A DNA stretch of 64,000 nt from Ascidiella aspersa (taxonomy: Eukaryota), in the NCBI GenBank assembly GCA_963924565.1, contig OZ004607.1, positions 11,532,001 through 11,596,000 on the forward strand, in the 5' to 3' direction. Below are positions 51,001 through 61,855 of the stretch, piece after piece. The notes beneath the pieces were generated by a model. It saw only the letters and a program-made list of their open reading frames with translations, did no database searches and had not been told where the DNA came from. Both the position numbers and the translations under genes were made by a program. The stretch's first letter is position 1. Each line of letters opens with the position of its first letter.

Positions 51001-54000
51001 CATTTCGTTACAACGTTCAGAAAAAATTTAACCTAAAATAGACAGCAAAAGAGAAAAATTTGTAATGACAAGTAGGCCTACATTAACTGCACTTTAACAA
51101 ATCGGTTCTAAAAACCGTGGTTAAACCAATAAACCATGCTGAAAAGCTTTCTGCTGAACTCCTGTAATCCAATAAAAATGCTGCAGCATTTGTTAACTAT
51201 TTAGCTTCTTAATGTTTGTGGGATTTAGAGTTTGGAAATCATCGAAAAACCTTGAATTACCAACCCAGACAATAATACTTAAAACGACGCAGCAGAGTTT
51301 CGCATAAAATTAGCAAATAATTAAATGTATGACCATTTTGTAAGGATTACACTTTGTAAGCATTTTGTATGGATTAAAGTCGTGTTTGTGACCCTCGCGA
51401 TGAAAAGGTTCGCCATCCCTGACTTAGGCCCATCATATTTTCATTCCTAGCATATTTATCGAAATAGTAATTGGTATTATTGCAAATCACCACCAAAAAA
51501 GACACAACTGAACAAATAATGTTCAGTACTATTGTCTAAATGAGAGATATATATTATACAACTATTTCGAGCAAAAACGCAGTTCGAGCTGAACCTATAT
51601 TGCGATCATCTGTAAACTTTGATTATATTTTAACTGAACAAAAATTTCAAAATATCACTGCAGATTTTGTTAATTTTGTAAACAGTGTTTTTGCCTTTTG
51701 TAATAGGTTGGCTATTTTTTTACCTAACGTGTAAATTAAAAACAAATTATAGGCTAGTTATAACTAAGTTTTTTTATCTTTTTTTATCACGGTAGTCAAA
51801 ATCAGGAGCGGTTCTAGTATTTTCTTTGGAGGGGCGATGAAACAAAATAAAAAATTACGTTACAAATTTACGTCCTTACGTTACGTAATAAAATTGATCT
51901 CACAAAGTTGCATCTAAACGTGACGCCATCAAAAAGTGATCTTAAGAACAATACACCGTTAGTTTATTTTGTTAAAGATTTAGGTTGAAATGCTTCACAC
52001 CTGAATCCTGACCATAATATAATAGGGCGGGTCAAACCGTTAACAAGGAATCCCTTCTAATATTGGTTTATAGTCATATTTGAATTATTCAAAAACTCAA
52101 AACATTTTTAAATTGACCAGGTTTTGTATTTTTAAGTTCACTAGCTTTCGCACGACCGTGCTTCATCAGGTCAGAGTAAGAATAAAAAGCGCACAGAGTA
52201 AAAGGCGATAAAACGTATAGAGTAAAATAGTAACTCGCTGATACGAGGGCCAACGCAAGAGTATGCGAAGCATCGCGTAACTGTTGATTGCAAATATTAA
52301 ATTGGGTAATGTGCAATGAAACCAACATCAACGTAATTTTACTTTTTTAACGCGATGAAGCACGGTTGTGTGAAATTTCGTCAATCTAAAAATGAAATTT
52401 GCCAACAGTGCCACTTGTGTCCTTTTTTGTAATTTGCCTTAAGCGCCGATTTTGGTATAACTATAGGTAGCTTAGTTTATTACAGTTATTGCAAATTAAC
52501 AAATTTTGTCCTGTTCAACGAAGAAAACATTAGGGTAGTAGTTGTACTTATTTTCAACACTGTAAGCTTTGAAAATTAGGTGTCCGTTTAGGGATGCAGA
52601 AAGTCAATTAACTATTTCTGTAGCATTTGCTTCAAGCTTTTTCGATTACAATAAGATCAAAAGACTAAAATATACGTTTGGTTACCGACACTCTCTTTGG
52701 CTCCAGCCTTGGGCTTAGGTCGAATAAGCATTCCACACTCAATCCCCTTGGCCATTTGCGTTTTAAAATTTCGCTTGATAACTGCCTGCAAAAACAGTAG
52801 GATTAGGATAGAGCAGTTATTTGTACTCACAACTAATAACATAGGTCAGGGGTTGTCAAACTTTTTGAACCAAGGCTATGTTTGAAAAAATATTTGATTT
52901 TCATTAAATTTAGCTCATCCAACCAATTCCGATATCGTCATTTGTGGATCGCGGAAAATGACAATGCGTTCAAATTTCTGGCTTAAGTTTAACCCCTTTT
53001 TTGTTAAGTTAGTGAAGAGTGGTAGGTTATGTGTGTTTGTACTTCCTTGCGTTAAATGTGAATGTAATTGGTACGTCACTATGGTGTGTAATTGGTCCAG
53101 AGGTTAATTGCTTGGGTTTTAACTAGTATAGGAGTTGTCTGTGTCGCAGACTAGTACGGACCACAATACCCAAACTAATGTTTCACTTTACTTTCTCGAG
53201 CAAGAAAACTTTCGTGAAACTGTGATCGTTTACAAGAAGAACAACAGTCAGTAAGACAAAGACACGTGCACACTAAGTGGTCACATTAAGCTATAACTTG
53301 TCTCTAATCATGAGATTGTAAGCTTCGCTCAAGATGAGTCCGATCCGCTCGGTCTCCTTCCGACGAATGCCGAGACTGCAATACAAAATAGCCAAAATCG
53401 CACACTTGCAGCGCCGATTGAGTTGGCGGGTGGACTGAAACAGCGGTTTCTCGGCCAAACGCGCCATAGTTTGGCACAAAATAAATACATTCAGAATGTG
53501 TGTTTCCATAGTAGTCTAGTAGTAGAAGATATTATTTTTTGCAGTGTTTGCAATCAACTCAAGACCTGTCTGTATGAGCAATGAGCCTACATTAAGTCCT
53601 ATTTTTAATTGCACATTCGCGCGAGATTTGACTAGCAACAAAGGGCTCTAAAGTTATAAGTTTGGTGACGTGATGCTATGCCCTATTTTTGTGACGTTAA
53701 TCTTAAATGGCCACAAAAAATGCTGGATCTGGTAACTACTATTTGGAAGTGTCCCGACTTAATCCCCAAAAGTGTAGAAACCCTAACTATTAGACAAAAA
53801 TGGAGTGGTATTAACTAATGGGGTGGTATTAACTAGTCGCGGGCCAAAACCAAAGTCAGAAAGGTCTCTGCGGGCCGCACAAAATGATTAAGAATTGTGT
53901 TATTAGCATTTCAGCAACTGTGAATCAGGCAGGCCTGGGATCGTTTTTGCAATTAAAAACGTATTTATTTAAAACGCAAAGCGAGAAAAAAGGCGTTTGT

Positions 54001-57000
54001 TTGGTTAAAAAGTCGAGTTCGCACGTCGTCATCCATAGCCTACTACTAATGAAAAGTGTAATAAAACTACTTTGGGGGACGCGATAAAATTTAAAGTTTT
54101 TTAAGTCAAGGCACAACTAGCGAGCGAAGCTAGCGCGATTTTTTTTTGGTAAACCGGCATTTCTTTTAAATTCTTGCAAGTTTTTATTAAATTGCTGAAA
54201 ATAGAAAATTATACGTTTTCCGTTTTTCCGCAACGCACTTTGGCAGGCTGTCCATCGCGCAACGGTAAAGAAGTGCTGATCTAGTTGAAAAGACAGCATC
54301 AAAACGTCAACAAACGGGATGTAGAAAGATCATTCGGGCGCAGCGTGAAATATCTTCGCACTTCTATAGTTAAAATAGTCAAAAAAGTATGTAAAATAGC
54401 TTCTAATTTGTCAAAGAGGTGGCGGGCCGAATGAATTACATCGATCCGGCCCGCGGACCGTAGGTTGCCGAGCCCTGCTATACACGTGCGGTATAATATA
54501 GAAATTTACAATAATACTTTAGTTGCTAAATCCGCGTGTTATAAGGCCGCAGCATTTAAACATAACAAAACTACATATTTTTAGAAAAAAACAATTATAA
54601 ACTAATCGGTAGATTTAGTTATTATTAATAACTTATTAATAATAATTTCACACTGTTTTCAAAACATCTGCATCAGGCGACATAAAAGTCTTATTTTGCA
54701 AAATTGTATTATATTTTTATGCATGCGATGACTTTTAATTTGTTTTTATGGTCACGTTGAAAGTGAAAATTGCTTACTGTTAAAACCGCTGCAATAAATG
54801 AGATATTTGGCGTACTTTGCTTAAAATTTTGCGTGATTAATAAACATACTGCAAGAAGTCATTCAGCATAAAAGTCTTAATATCGCAACATTACATTTTT
54901 GTTTTTTACCAAGGCCATGAAGGATGAACCTAATTTTTTGATTTTACGGTCACGCAGATTATTGCGCTAATGGTGTTTGAAAAAAGTTTTGAACTAGGAG
55001 GTTTTGAGTTGTTGAGCCAGAAGTTTTTGAGAAAATGCCCCTCAGGCACTTACAAAAAGGAAAAGTCGCGCCCTCGCTGTGGGCCCAGTGTGACGCCGCT
55101 GCTCCTATTGTTCGGCAAGCGCTTTACTCAAGTTCCGAGGTATGCCCACACCACTGCAGGAAGCCAGAAGCGAACATCCTGACTTATGTACTAACACCGT
55201 AACTGGTAGCAATCCTCATTTATATTTTTTATAGTGATAAAGATTGAATAAAGCTTGGGTCGGAGCCCTAAACCACAGCAGCAACGAACAAAATCGTTAA
55301 TGGACATTTGGCAAGAGTTTGGTTTGGTCAGCGACTGCATGGCAAAAGGTTGTAGAAGTTATATGGCATATTTAATATTGTAAGTAAAAATCGCTTGTGT
55401 AAGACATTTATGTGTTTATGTGCATGTTATCATGATCCAGATTTGTTTGTGAAGCTTTCTTAGAATATTGACAGTAATGCCGGTAAAGTTTCTGATGTTG
55501 AAAATTGATTTTGACCAGTTGTGGTAAGAGCATAGAATGAGACTTGAGTGCCAAATTATTTCCAAAAAAAAGACATATCAGCATATCAGCATGATCTAAG
55601 AGCATGATCTATCAGCATGATCTAAGAGTTGCAATGTCAAGTTTTGCAGTGCAGCAAAGCATATTGTATTTTTAGAATTTTTATAAACAATTCATATGAA
55701 GGACAAGAGTCATTTCAATTTCATTGCAAGATGCAATACAAATTGATTGAACAAATGTTTGGTACAAACTTTAACTATAAATTTTTAGACTGCTTGAAAC
55801 ATGACACAACATTGTTTCCAGAAATACCTTATTAGCTAATACAATACCTTTCAAGCAAAATTCCCATAAAACAGCTACACTACTTTACGGATGGTGCAGC
55901 ATTACAAATGCAAATATAAAATAATTCATTGATTTAAATCAGTGTTTCCCAACATGGGCAAATGTATTGAAACTTAATTTAAGTTATTTGTTTTATGGCA
56001 TAATTTTTCAACGATATGTTTTAAAGTTATTTTGCCACCTCCCAATCTAGCATCTTAAATTAATTACCAGGTTTGTTGCAACAGGGGGGCATTACAAGAA
56101 TCTGACAAGCCCAAAAAGTGCTATTACAAAAAAGAAACACTGATTTCAATTATCATAGGAAAGATATTCAATTTGATGTAGTTTTCAACTTATTTGCTGC
56201 AACTTATGCAAAGAGACCATGCATTTGGCTGGGTAGCGGCAGCTTACAGATGTCCTATGAGCAGCAAATTATAAATTAAAGCAAATTCTGTGTGAATTTG
56301 TAAAAGCACACATTCACCAACTGTCATTTTCTCATGGTAAATAAGCATTCCTTTTTAAGTAAAAATCAAAAAAAAAAAGCGAACTTGTATCTTACTTAAC
56401 TTGTTCACAAAAAAATTCTTGTTAAGATATAGCTAGATATTTAACAGTAGACTTTGCTAACAAATGGTTGGCATTTGTTATACATTCCGACTATTAAACA
56501 TATGACGTCAAAGTAATGTTTTTGCATCCTAGTGGTCTATTTGCTTCTCCATTAACTGGAGATTCTTTACGATTACAAATGCAATCATTTTACAATGTGT
56601 CAATCCTAAACCTGCAACTGGCAGAATATACATTTTAACCCAGAAATGACAATAGCAAGCAACAGTAGCCCTTTTGAAGTTAAAAAAAATAATTTAAGAA
56701 AAATACATTTAATATACACCATTCCGTTTTTATTGTTTTCAGTTGTATATTGCATATTTTTAGTGCCACATTTGCTACTGTATTATATGTGTGAACTGAA
56801 AATGTGGCAAAATAAATGGGGATGAGTCTTTGTATGATATAGTTCAAGCAATATAGCAAACTATACCAAGCATAAAATATTACTATTGCCACAGAAACTG
56901 TCCTTAAATTTTCTCCATAATTTTGCCACTTCGCTCTTTGGTGTTATGCTTTATGGTATATTTAACATTTTGTTCAAATTAGTGTTTTCTGGGCTTAATA

Positions 57001-60000
57001 TATATTTTCGTTATGAGCCCTAAAAGTGTTAAATGTTGTATATTTGGTTGCAATTAAAACATTTTTAGTGTACCTCTGTAAGTAACAGCCAAAATCAGTT
57101 GCCCAACTTTAACAAAATTTGAAAATAGAGTTGGTGTTTGGGCTTTAATAAGTGTACCAATCCCTCGCGATTAAGTTGTATCACCACCCCATCAATTGTT
57201 AGGTTTATAACAATTGATACATTGATATTTACATTGGTTTCTTTTGATTTTAACTTTTAAACTGTGTATGATACTATACGTTTTGTTTCAAAACCAACCA
57301 CTATTTGTTAATAGAAATGCCACGGAAAAAACATTCTACCCCTTCTACTACACCTGCTGCAAAACGCATGAGGGCTTTAAGGGCGGCAGAATCTGAAGAG
57401 CAGCGGCGAAATCGGTTGCAAGCGTATGCAGCACGTAAAATACTGGAGACACCAGACGAGCGTAAGAATAGGCTTCAACAAGAATGCGCAAGACGAGCAA
57501 TGCGAAAACAACGGGAGACATCAGAGGAACGTAAGGCCAGGCTTCAACGAGATGCCACAACGCGAGCAATGCGAATAAAACTAGAGACACCAGAAGCACG
57601 TAAGGCCCGGCTTCAACGAGACGCCGCAATGCGAGCAATGCGAAGACAACTGAAGACACCAGAAGAGCGTACGGCCAGGCTTCAAAAAGATGCCGAAACG
57701 CGAGCAATGCGAATAAAACTGGAGACACCAGAAGAACGCAAGGCCCGGCTTCAACGAGATGTCTTAACCCGAGCTATGCGAAGACAACTAAAGACACAAC
57801 AGGAGCGCACGGCCCGGCTTCGAAAAGATGCGGCAACGCGAGCAATCCGAACACAACTGGAGACACCAGAAGAACGTAAGGCCCGGCTTCAACGAGATGC
57901 CGCAACCCGATCAAGGCAAAGGCATATGAAGACACGGGAGGATCTTTGGGCTCGGCTTCGACACAGAGCTGCCCAAATGAGCGCGATGGTGTAACATTGC
58001 GAAGGTTAAATAAAATATTTGCAAGTGTAATACGGATATTGCCAGTGTTAAACTTGTTCACGACTACCGGCGTTGTCGTGGCGATGTAAATTTATTACCA
58101 CTGCTTAAGGGCGAGAATTTGCGCAATCTACCGAATTTTCCGTGGTAAAGCAGATAATAAAATCATACTACTATCACTGAATGACATTATAAAGCAAAAT
58201 ACACAGTAATTTCCACGACAAGAACTTAGAGGTCTGAATAAGAACCTGTCGGAATAAGTCCTGAATTCTGCGGAATAAGGCCTAAATAACGCCTGAAACT
58301 GTAGGTATTAGAGGGTACTGGACGATGGGGGGCCATGGGTCTGGCATAGGCCGTTTCGGTGTCGACGTTTGGACGCCCTGGTTTAAATGGCGCCTTTGGG
58401 ACGCCGCTGTTTTGGCACCGGATTTTTTTATCCTGTTATGCGTCCTTGTTGGGTAATGGTTGTGGTTAGAAAATTGGTTAGAATTGAAATTATTAGGGAA
58501 GTTTGTTATGTACTTAGGGGTGGGGTTTGGGGTTAGGTAAATTGTTGTATAGGCCTCATTCTGGCCATTAATGTTACGACTATTGGATATTCGTCCTAAT
58601 TTGGTTCAATTGTAAAATGTTTTATTCCGACGTTGATTTTGGTCTTATATCGGCCCTATGGCTGGATTGTGCTGTGTATCGCTATTGTATGTTACGTTTT
58701 ATATTGCCGTGCAAATTTGGCAACCTTGCGTTATAACCGATAATTCTAAAAAAATAATATGGTAATGGTAATTTGAATGGAACCAACAGGCAACAAGATC
58801 CGTTACGGATAGCGTACAATGTACATCTTCATGCATTAGAAGGCTAAATTATTCATTAAATGTTGTTTAAAATGCAATACCATTTTTATTTATGCCAAAA
58901 CGATGTAAAGCGGGGCGTTACACGTTTGGTAATAGAAGTTAAATAACATTAACTTTTCCGGTGATCAATAAGCATTGTTAAACTGCAAAGACGCTGGTAT
59001 TGATTAATCCTTCCCTAGTCCCAACCCCACATATGAGTAACACCTTTTAAGTAAGCGGCATTTATTCGACTTAAAATGTAATAAAATTTATTTACTGTGC
59101 TCGTTGTATGCAATTATCCCATTTTCTATTTCGATAATGAGGACTTTGTTATTCTTCTACAATTATTTTTACCTTGAATGTCAGCTAAACTGTTTTATTA
59201 CACCATTTTCTAAAATAACAAGCGTCCTGTTTTTCTTTGGTCTTTTTGATATGACTTGTATATCAACGAAACATTTTTAGGAATTTGCTGAAATCCGAAA
59301 CAATAACTGATTCGTATTCAACCGGTCGTTAGATGCAGTTCTAATACAGTACTTCATAAAATGCGTTGTTTAAATTAATATATTTTAATAAGTCAAATAT
59401 TTGACTAAAATATTTTTTTAGATCAAGGTGAATATTTCAAAGTTTTCAAGTGAAAAAAAAATAATCGCTCTATTAATAACGCACCTTTTTAGCTTGTTGC
59501 GTTACACATTACTGCATGGCATCAAGTTATGCAGTCTAAGACCACAAACTATTTACTGGATTCGTGTGAATCAATGCAGCAATTGATACATTTCTAATAT
59601 TATTTCGTTTGTAAATGCCAAGTGTAATGCCCGAATAAAACCGAACCTAGGAGGACAAAAGTGTCTTTATACATTCATTTAATATTAGAGCTTTACCAAC
59701 ACACAATTACCGAACAAGACTTTCGAGAATGAGATTATAAAGGGCCACTGAGCTTTCAAGTTCGACTTGCATAAATTGAAAAACACGAAAAGTCTGCTAA
59801 AAACCAAGTACAAAGTCACTTACATCTGAAAGCAAGTAGTTGGCGATCAGGTAGGTTTTGATGGCCTGAGCCGCTGCTCCTTTTTTATCGGCAATGTTGG
59901 TGATCGCGTCTTGAATCATTTCGAGGAAGGGCGGGCGTTTTTTTGTCCCAGCAGCCGCTTTGTTAGAGACAGCACCTTTTCCGGTAGGTGGCGCTTGGTG

Positions 60001-61855
60001 TTGGTCGTTTTTGGTCTCCTCGTCGCTTAAGTGAAGTTACAAAGGCAAATTACAGTGTAACGATTTGTTGGTTGACTGGCATTTTCTGCGAAGATTTCGC
60101 TCCAACCGATATTTCGGCATCGGTAAATTTCAGCAGATATTTTAAAGTAGTGTTCTTGAAAACATATATTTTATAGAAGTGTTTTATCGCCAGTAAAAAA
60201 CATCTACTTTTATTAAAAAAAAACGAAAGTAATGCAGTGTTTTTCTTGAATAGGAAGCAGTTGTGTATGTTACAATCTGTATTATACAAGTAATAAATAC
60301 TCAATATTCATATTGAATAGGTTTGTAAAAAATCCTTATCGGCCAACGGCAGCGTTTTAAACTAGCCATTTTAAAATAAAAATGACGAAAATAGCAAGAC
60401 CCAGTCCAAGTCATCAGTTACCCAATTTTAGTACTAATACCAAAATAAAACGTTAAACCGTTAAAATCGGTAAACTCGTCTGATTTGGAGCAATAAGTCA
60501 AAACGAATAGAAAAAATGCTACAACATGTAGGCCTAGCAGTCGGATCGTTTTACTGTTAACAAATGAGCTAGATAGCTCAATTTTATAACAAAATGTTAA
60601 ATAAAATAACTTAATTTCAACCCAAGTAATTTTACTCAACGCCTTAAATCCAATTCAAGTCCATTTTTAAAAGACTCAAGTCAATCTTTTTACCAAAACG
60701 ACTTAGGTTAAGTCAAGTCATTTAAAAACAGTGACTTCGTCACAACACTGGGTAACAGTAGGCAACGAAACAAAATATAGGATATAGGTATTGGTACGAA
60801 AATTGAAATTGGTTAAATTACATAAGCAAGATTGATGATAGTCCTTGTTGCTGCAGTACACAGTTTAAATTTATACACGACTAAGCTTTTCAGTATTTAA
60901 TACAATTTAAAAACAATTATATGTGCACAAACTGTTCTAATGTTGGCAAAAAAAAAATGCCCACAAAGGCACCTGCAAGAAGGCCTAGCGTTAGGAGGTT
61001 GATTGACAAGTCATTTTGCCCGGGAATATACTGTAATAGTTCCTGACTGTTAAGTACGATCCGTTTATAAGACATAAACGTGTTTTCCATTGGCGCTTTT
61101 TGATTCGTTAAGTCGGCTCTGACTTGATATTTCATTACTGTACATACACTATTATATTAAATTCCGTATGTCATGTTTGTTGTGCGCTCAATGCATCACG
61201 CTTATTTGTAATTTACTTTTTGTTAATTTAAATAAAAATTGCATTTTTGTTATATAAAATGTAGCGCTTGCAACATCTGATCCTGGCACATTAACGCAAT
61301 GGATAACGTACTCGATTGTAAGTCTATAGATTTTGTGGACGGTACTCTCAAAAAAACTTTTGTTAGTTAACAACGCAATTTGTGTACGTGGCTCAATTAG
61401 TAAATTTCGTACATAAAATACCGAAAAGGGTTATGCTGTGAGGGGGGCCAAATACATTCACCTTCGAATGCGAACTGTTAGGTTTACATAACGCTAGTGC
61501 ACCTTGGAATGTGTACCGAACCGTTTTTTACAAGAAAAGCAAGGCGCCTTGAACTAGTCGCATGGAAAATACCTGCATTTAGTTTTTCCTGTACGGGTTT
61601 TTTTTCACCACACTTTAAATCGTGAGATAAATAATTTTTGTTTTATTTAAACATTAGCCCACTGGCTGGAAAAGTAGGGGAGGGGGTAATTTGCACAAGT
61701 GTTACAACTCACAAAGTTACAGCCCTGGCTAACACTAACCTTTCACCGCCTTCTTCGAATTGCAGTTTCAGAGGCGTTGCTTCCATTTCGCTTTCATTTT
61801 CGGTTCCACTCCCTTCCTCAGCACTACTCCCCGACTTGGTGTAGGTGTCATTCAT
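48068..61855 (-). CDS. Intron-containing oocyte/cleavage-stage type linker histone H1 (B4/H1M/H1.8-like)
   Basis: Phase-consistent exons: 61855-61740, 60025-59824, 52785-52686, 50821-50640, 50547-50419, 48968-48911, 48231-48068. Acidic N-terminus; H15 domain RPPFLEMIQDAITNIADKKGAAAQAIKTYLIANY...GIECGMLIRP...GLQGRFKLN; Lys/Ala-rich tail with SP motifs. Confidence 0.88.
48480..48715 (-). mobile_element. Possible degenerate tRNA-derived SINE in the last H1 intron
   Basis: A GC-richer island whose minus strand begins with an A-box-like TGGCTGCGGAGTCGGTTAG; no clean B box. Confidence 0.25.
49262..50040. mobile_element. Full-length non-autonomous hAT element (family A)
   Basis: TIRs CAGGGGTCGGCAAC ... 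GTTGCCGACCCCTG; TSD GTATAGTA / GTATAGTG; internal GTTTACCGGCATTACTTT x3. Confidence 0.9.
52141..52390. ncRNA. Head-to-head pair of minimal hammerhead ribozyme relics (Penelope-like inverted ends)
   Basis: Minus strand 52175-52136: TGAC-CTGATGA-AGCACGGTCGTGC-GAAA-GCTA-GTGA. Plus strand 52351-52386: CGATGA-AGCACGGTTGTGT-GAAA-TTTC-GTCAA. Confidence 0.6.
53837..54477. mobile_element. hAT family A copy with the left TIR lost
   Basis: Colinear with 49285-50040; right TIR GGTTGCCGAGCCCTG. Confidence 0.85.
55640..56260 (+). pseudogene. Decayed DNA transposase (Sola-like DDD motifs), interrupted by a MITE
   Basis: Frameshifted peptides FLDCLKHDTTLF, IKQLHYFTDGAALQ..YK and FNLFAATYAKRPCIWLGS resemble the recalled SDCLKHD / FSDGAASQYKN / FFATSHGKGPCDGIGG motifs of invertebrate transposases. 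Confidence 0.55.
55940..56142. mobile_element. Small hAT-like MITE inserted in the decayed transposase
   Basis: CAGTGTTTC ... GAAACACTG; TSD ATTTAAAT / ATTTCAAT. Confidence 0.65.
57317..57994 (+). CDS. Nested antisense gene: 225-aa basic protein made of ~9 STPR-like 23-aa repeats
   Basis: Intact ORF starting MPRKKHS..., with repeats ET(P/S)EERKARLQRDAxxRAMRxxL (69-bp unit). A splice-acceptor-like TTAATAG lies 2 nt before the ATG, and AATAAA lies ~15 nt after the stop. Confidence 0.75.
   Translation: MPRKKHSTPSTTPAAKRMRALRAAESEEQRRNRLQAYAARKILETPDERKNRLQQECARRAMRKQRETSEERKARLQRDATTRAMRIKLETPEARKARLQRDAAMRAMRRQLKTPEERTARLQKDAETRAMRIKLETPEERKARLQRDVLTRAMRRQLKTQQERTARLRKDAATRAIRTQLETPEERKARLQRDAATRSRQRHMKTREDLWARLRHRAAQMSAMV
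58345..58560. repeat. Interspersed repeat remnant with GGCGCC-type subterminal repeats and GGTTAG-like microsatellite
   Basis: CCGTTTCGGTGTCG/TTTGGACGCC/TTTGGCACCG repeats followed by GGTTAG...TTAGGGG...GGGGTTAGG. Confidence 0.4.
60395..60750. mobile_element. hAT-like remnant with GACTxxAGTC motifs
   Basis: Repeated CCAAGTC/GACTCAAGTC/GTTAAGTCAAGTC motifs, ending in CACAACACTG. Confidence 0.45.

Noticed and set aside
57390-57420. CTGAAGAGCAGCGGCGAAATC hammerhead-like string
   Set aside because: Lies in coding sequence (ESEEQRRNR) with no convincing stems I or III; probably coincidental.
57348-58061. Hydrophobic minus-strand ORFs
   Set aside because: Antisense shadows of the STPR repeat ORF.
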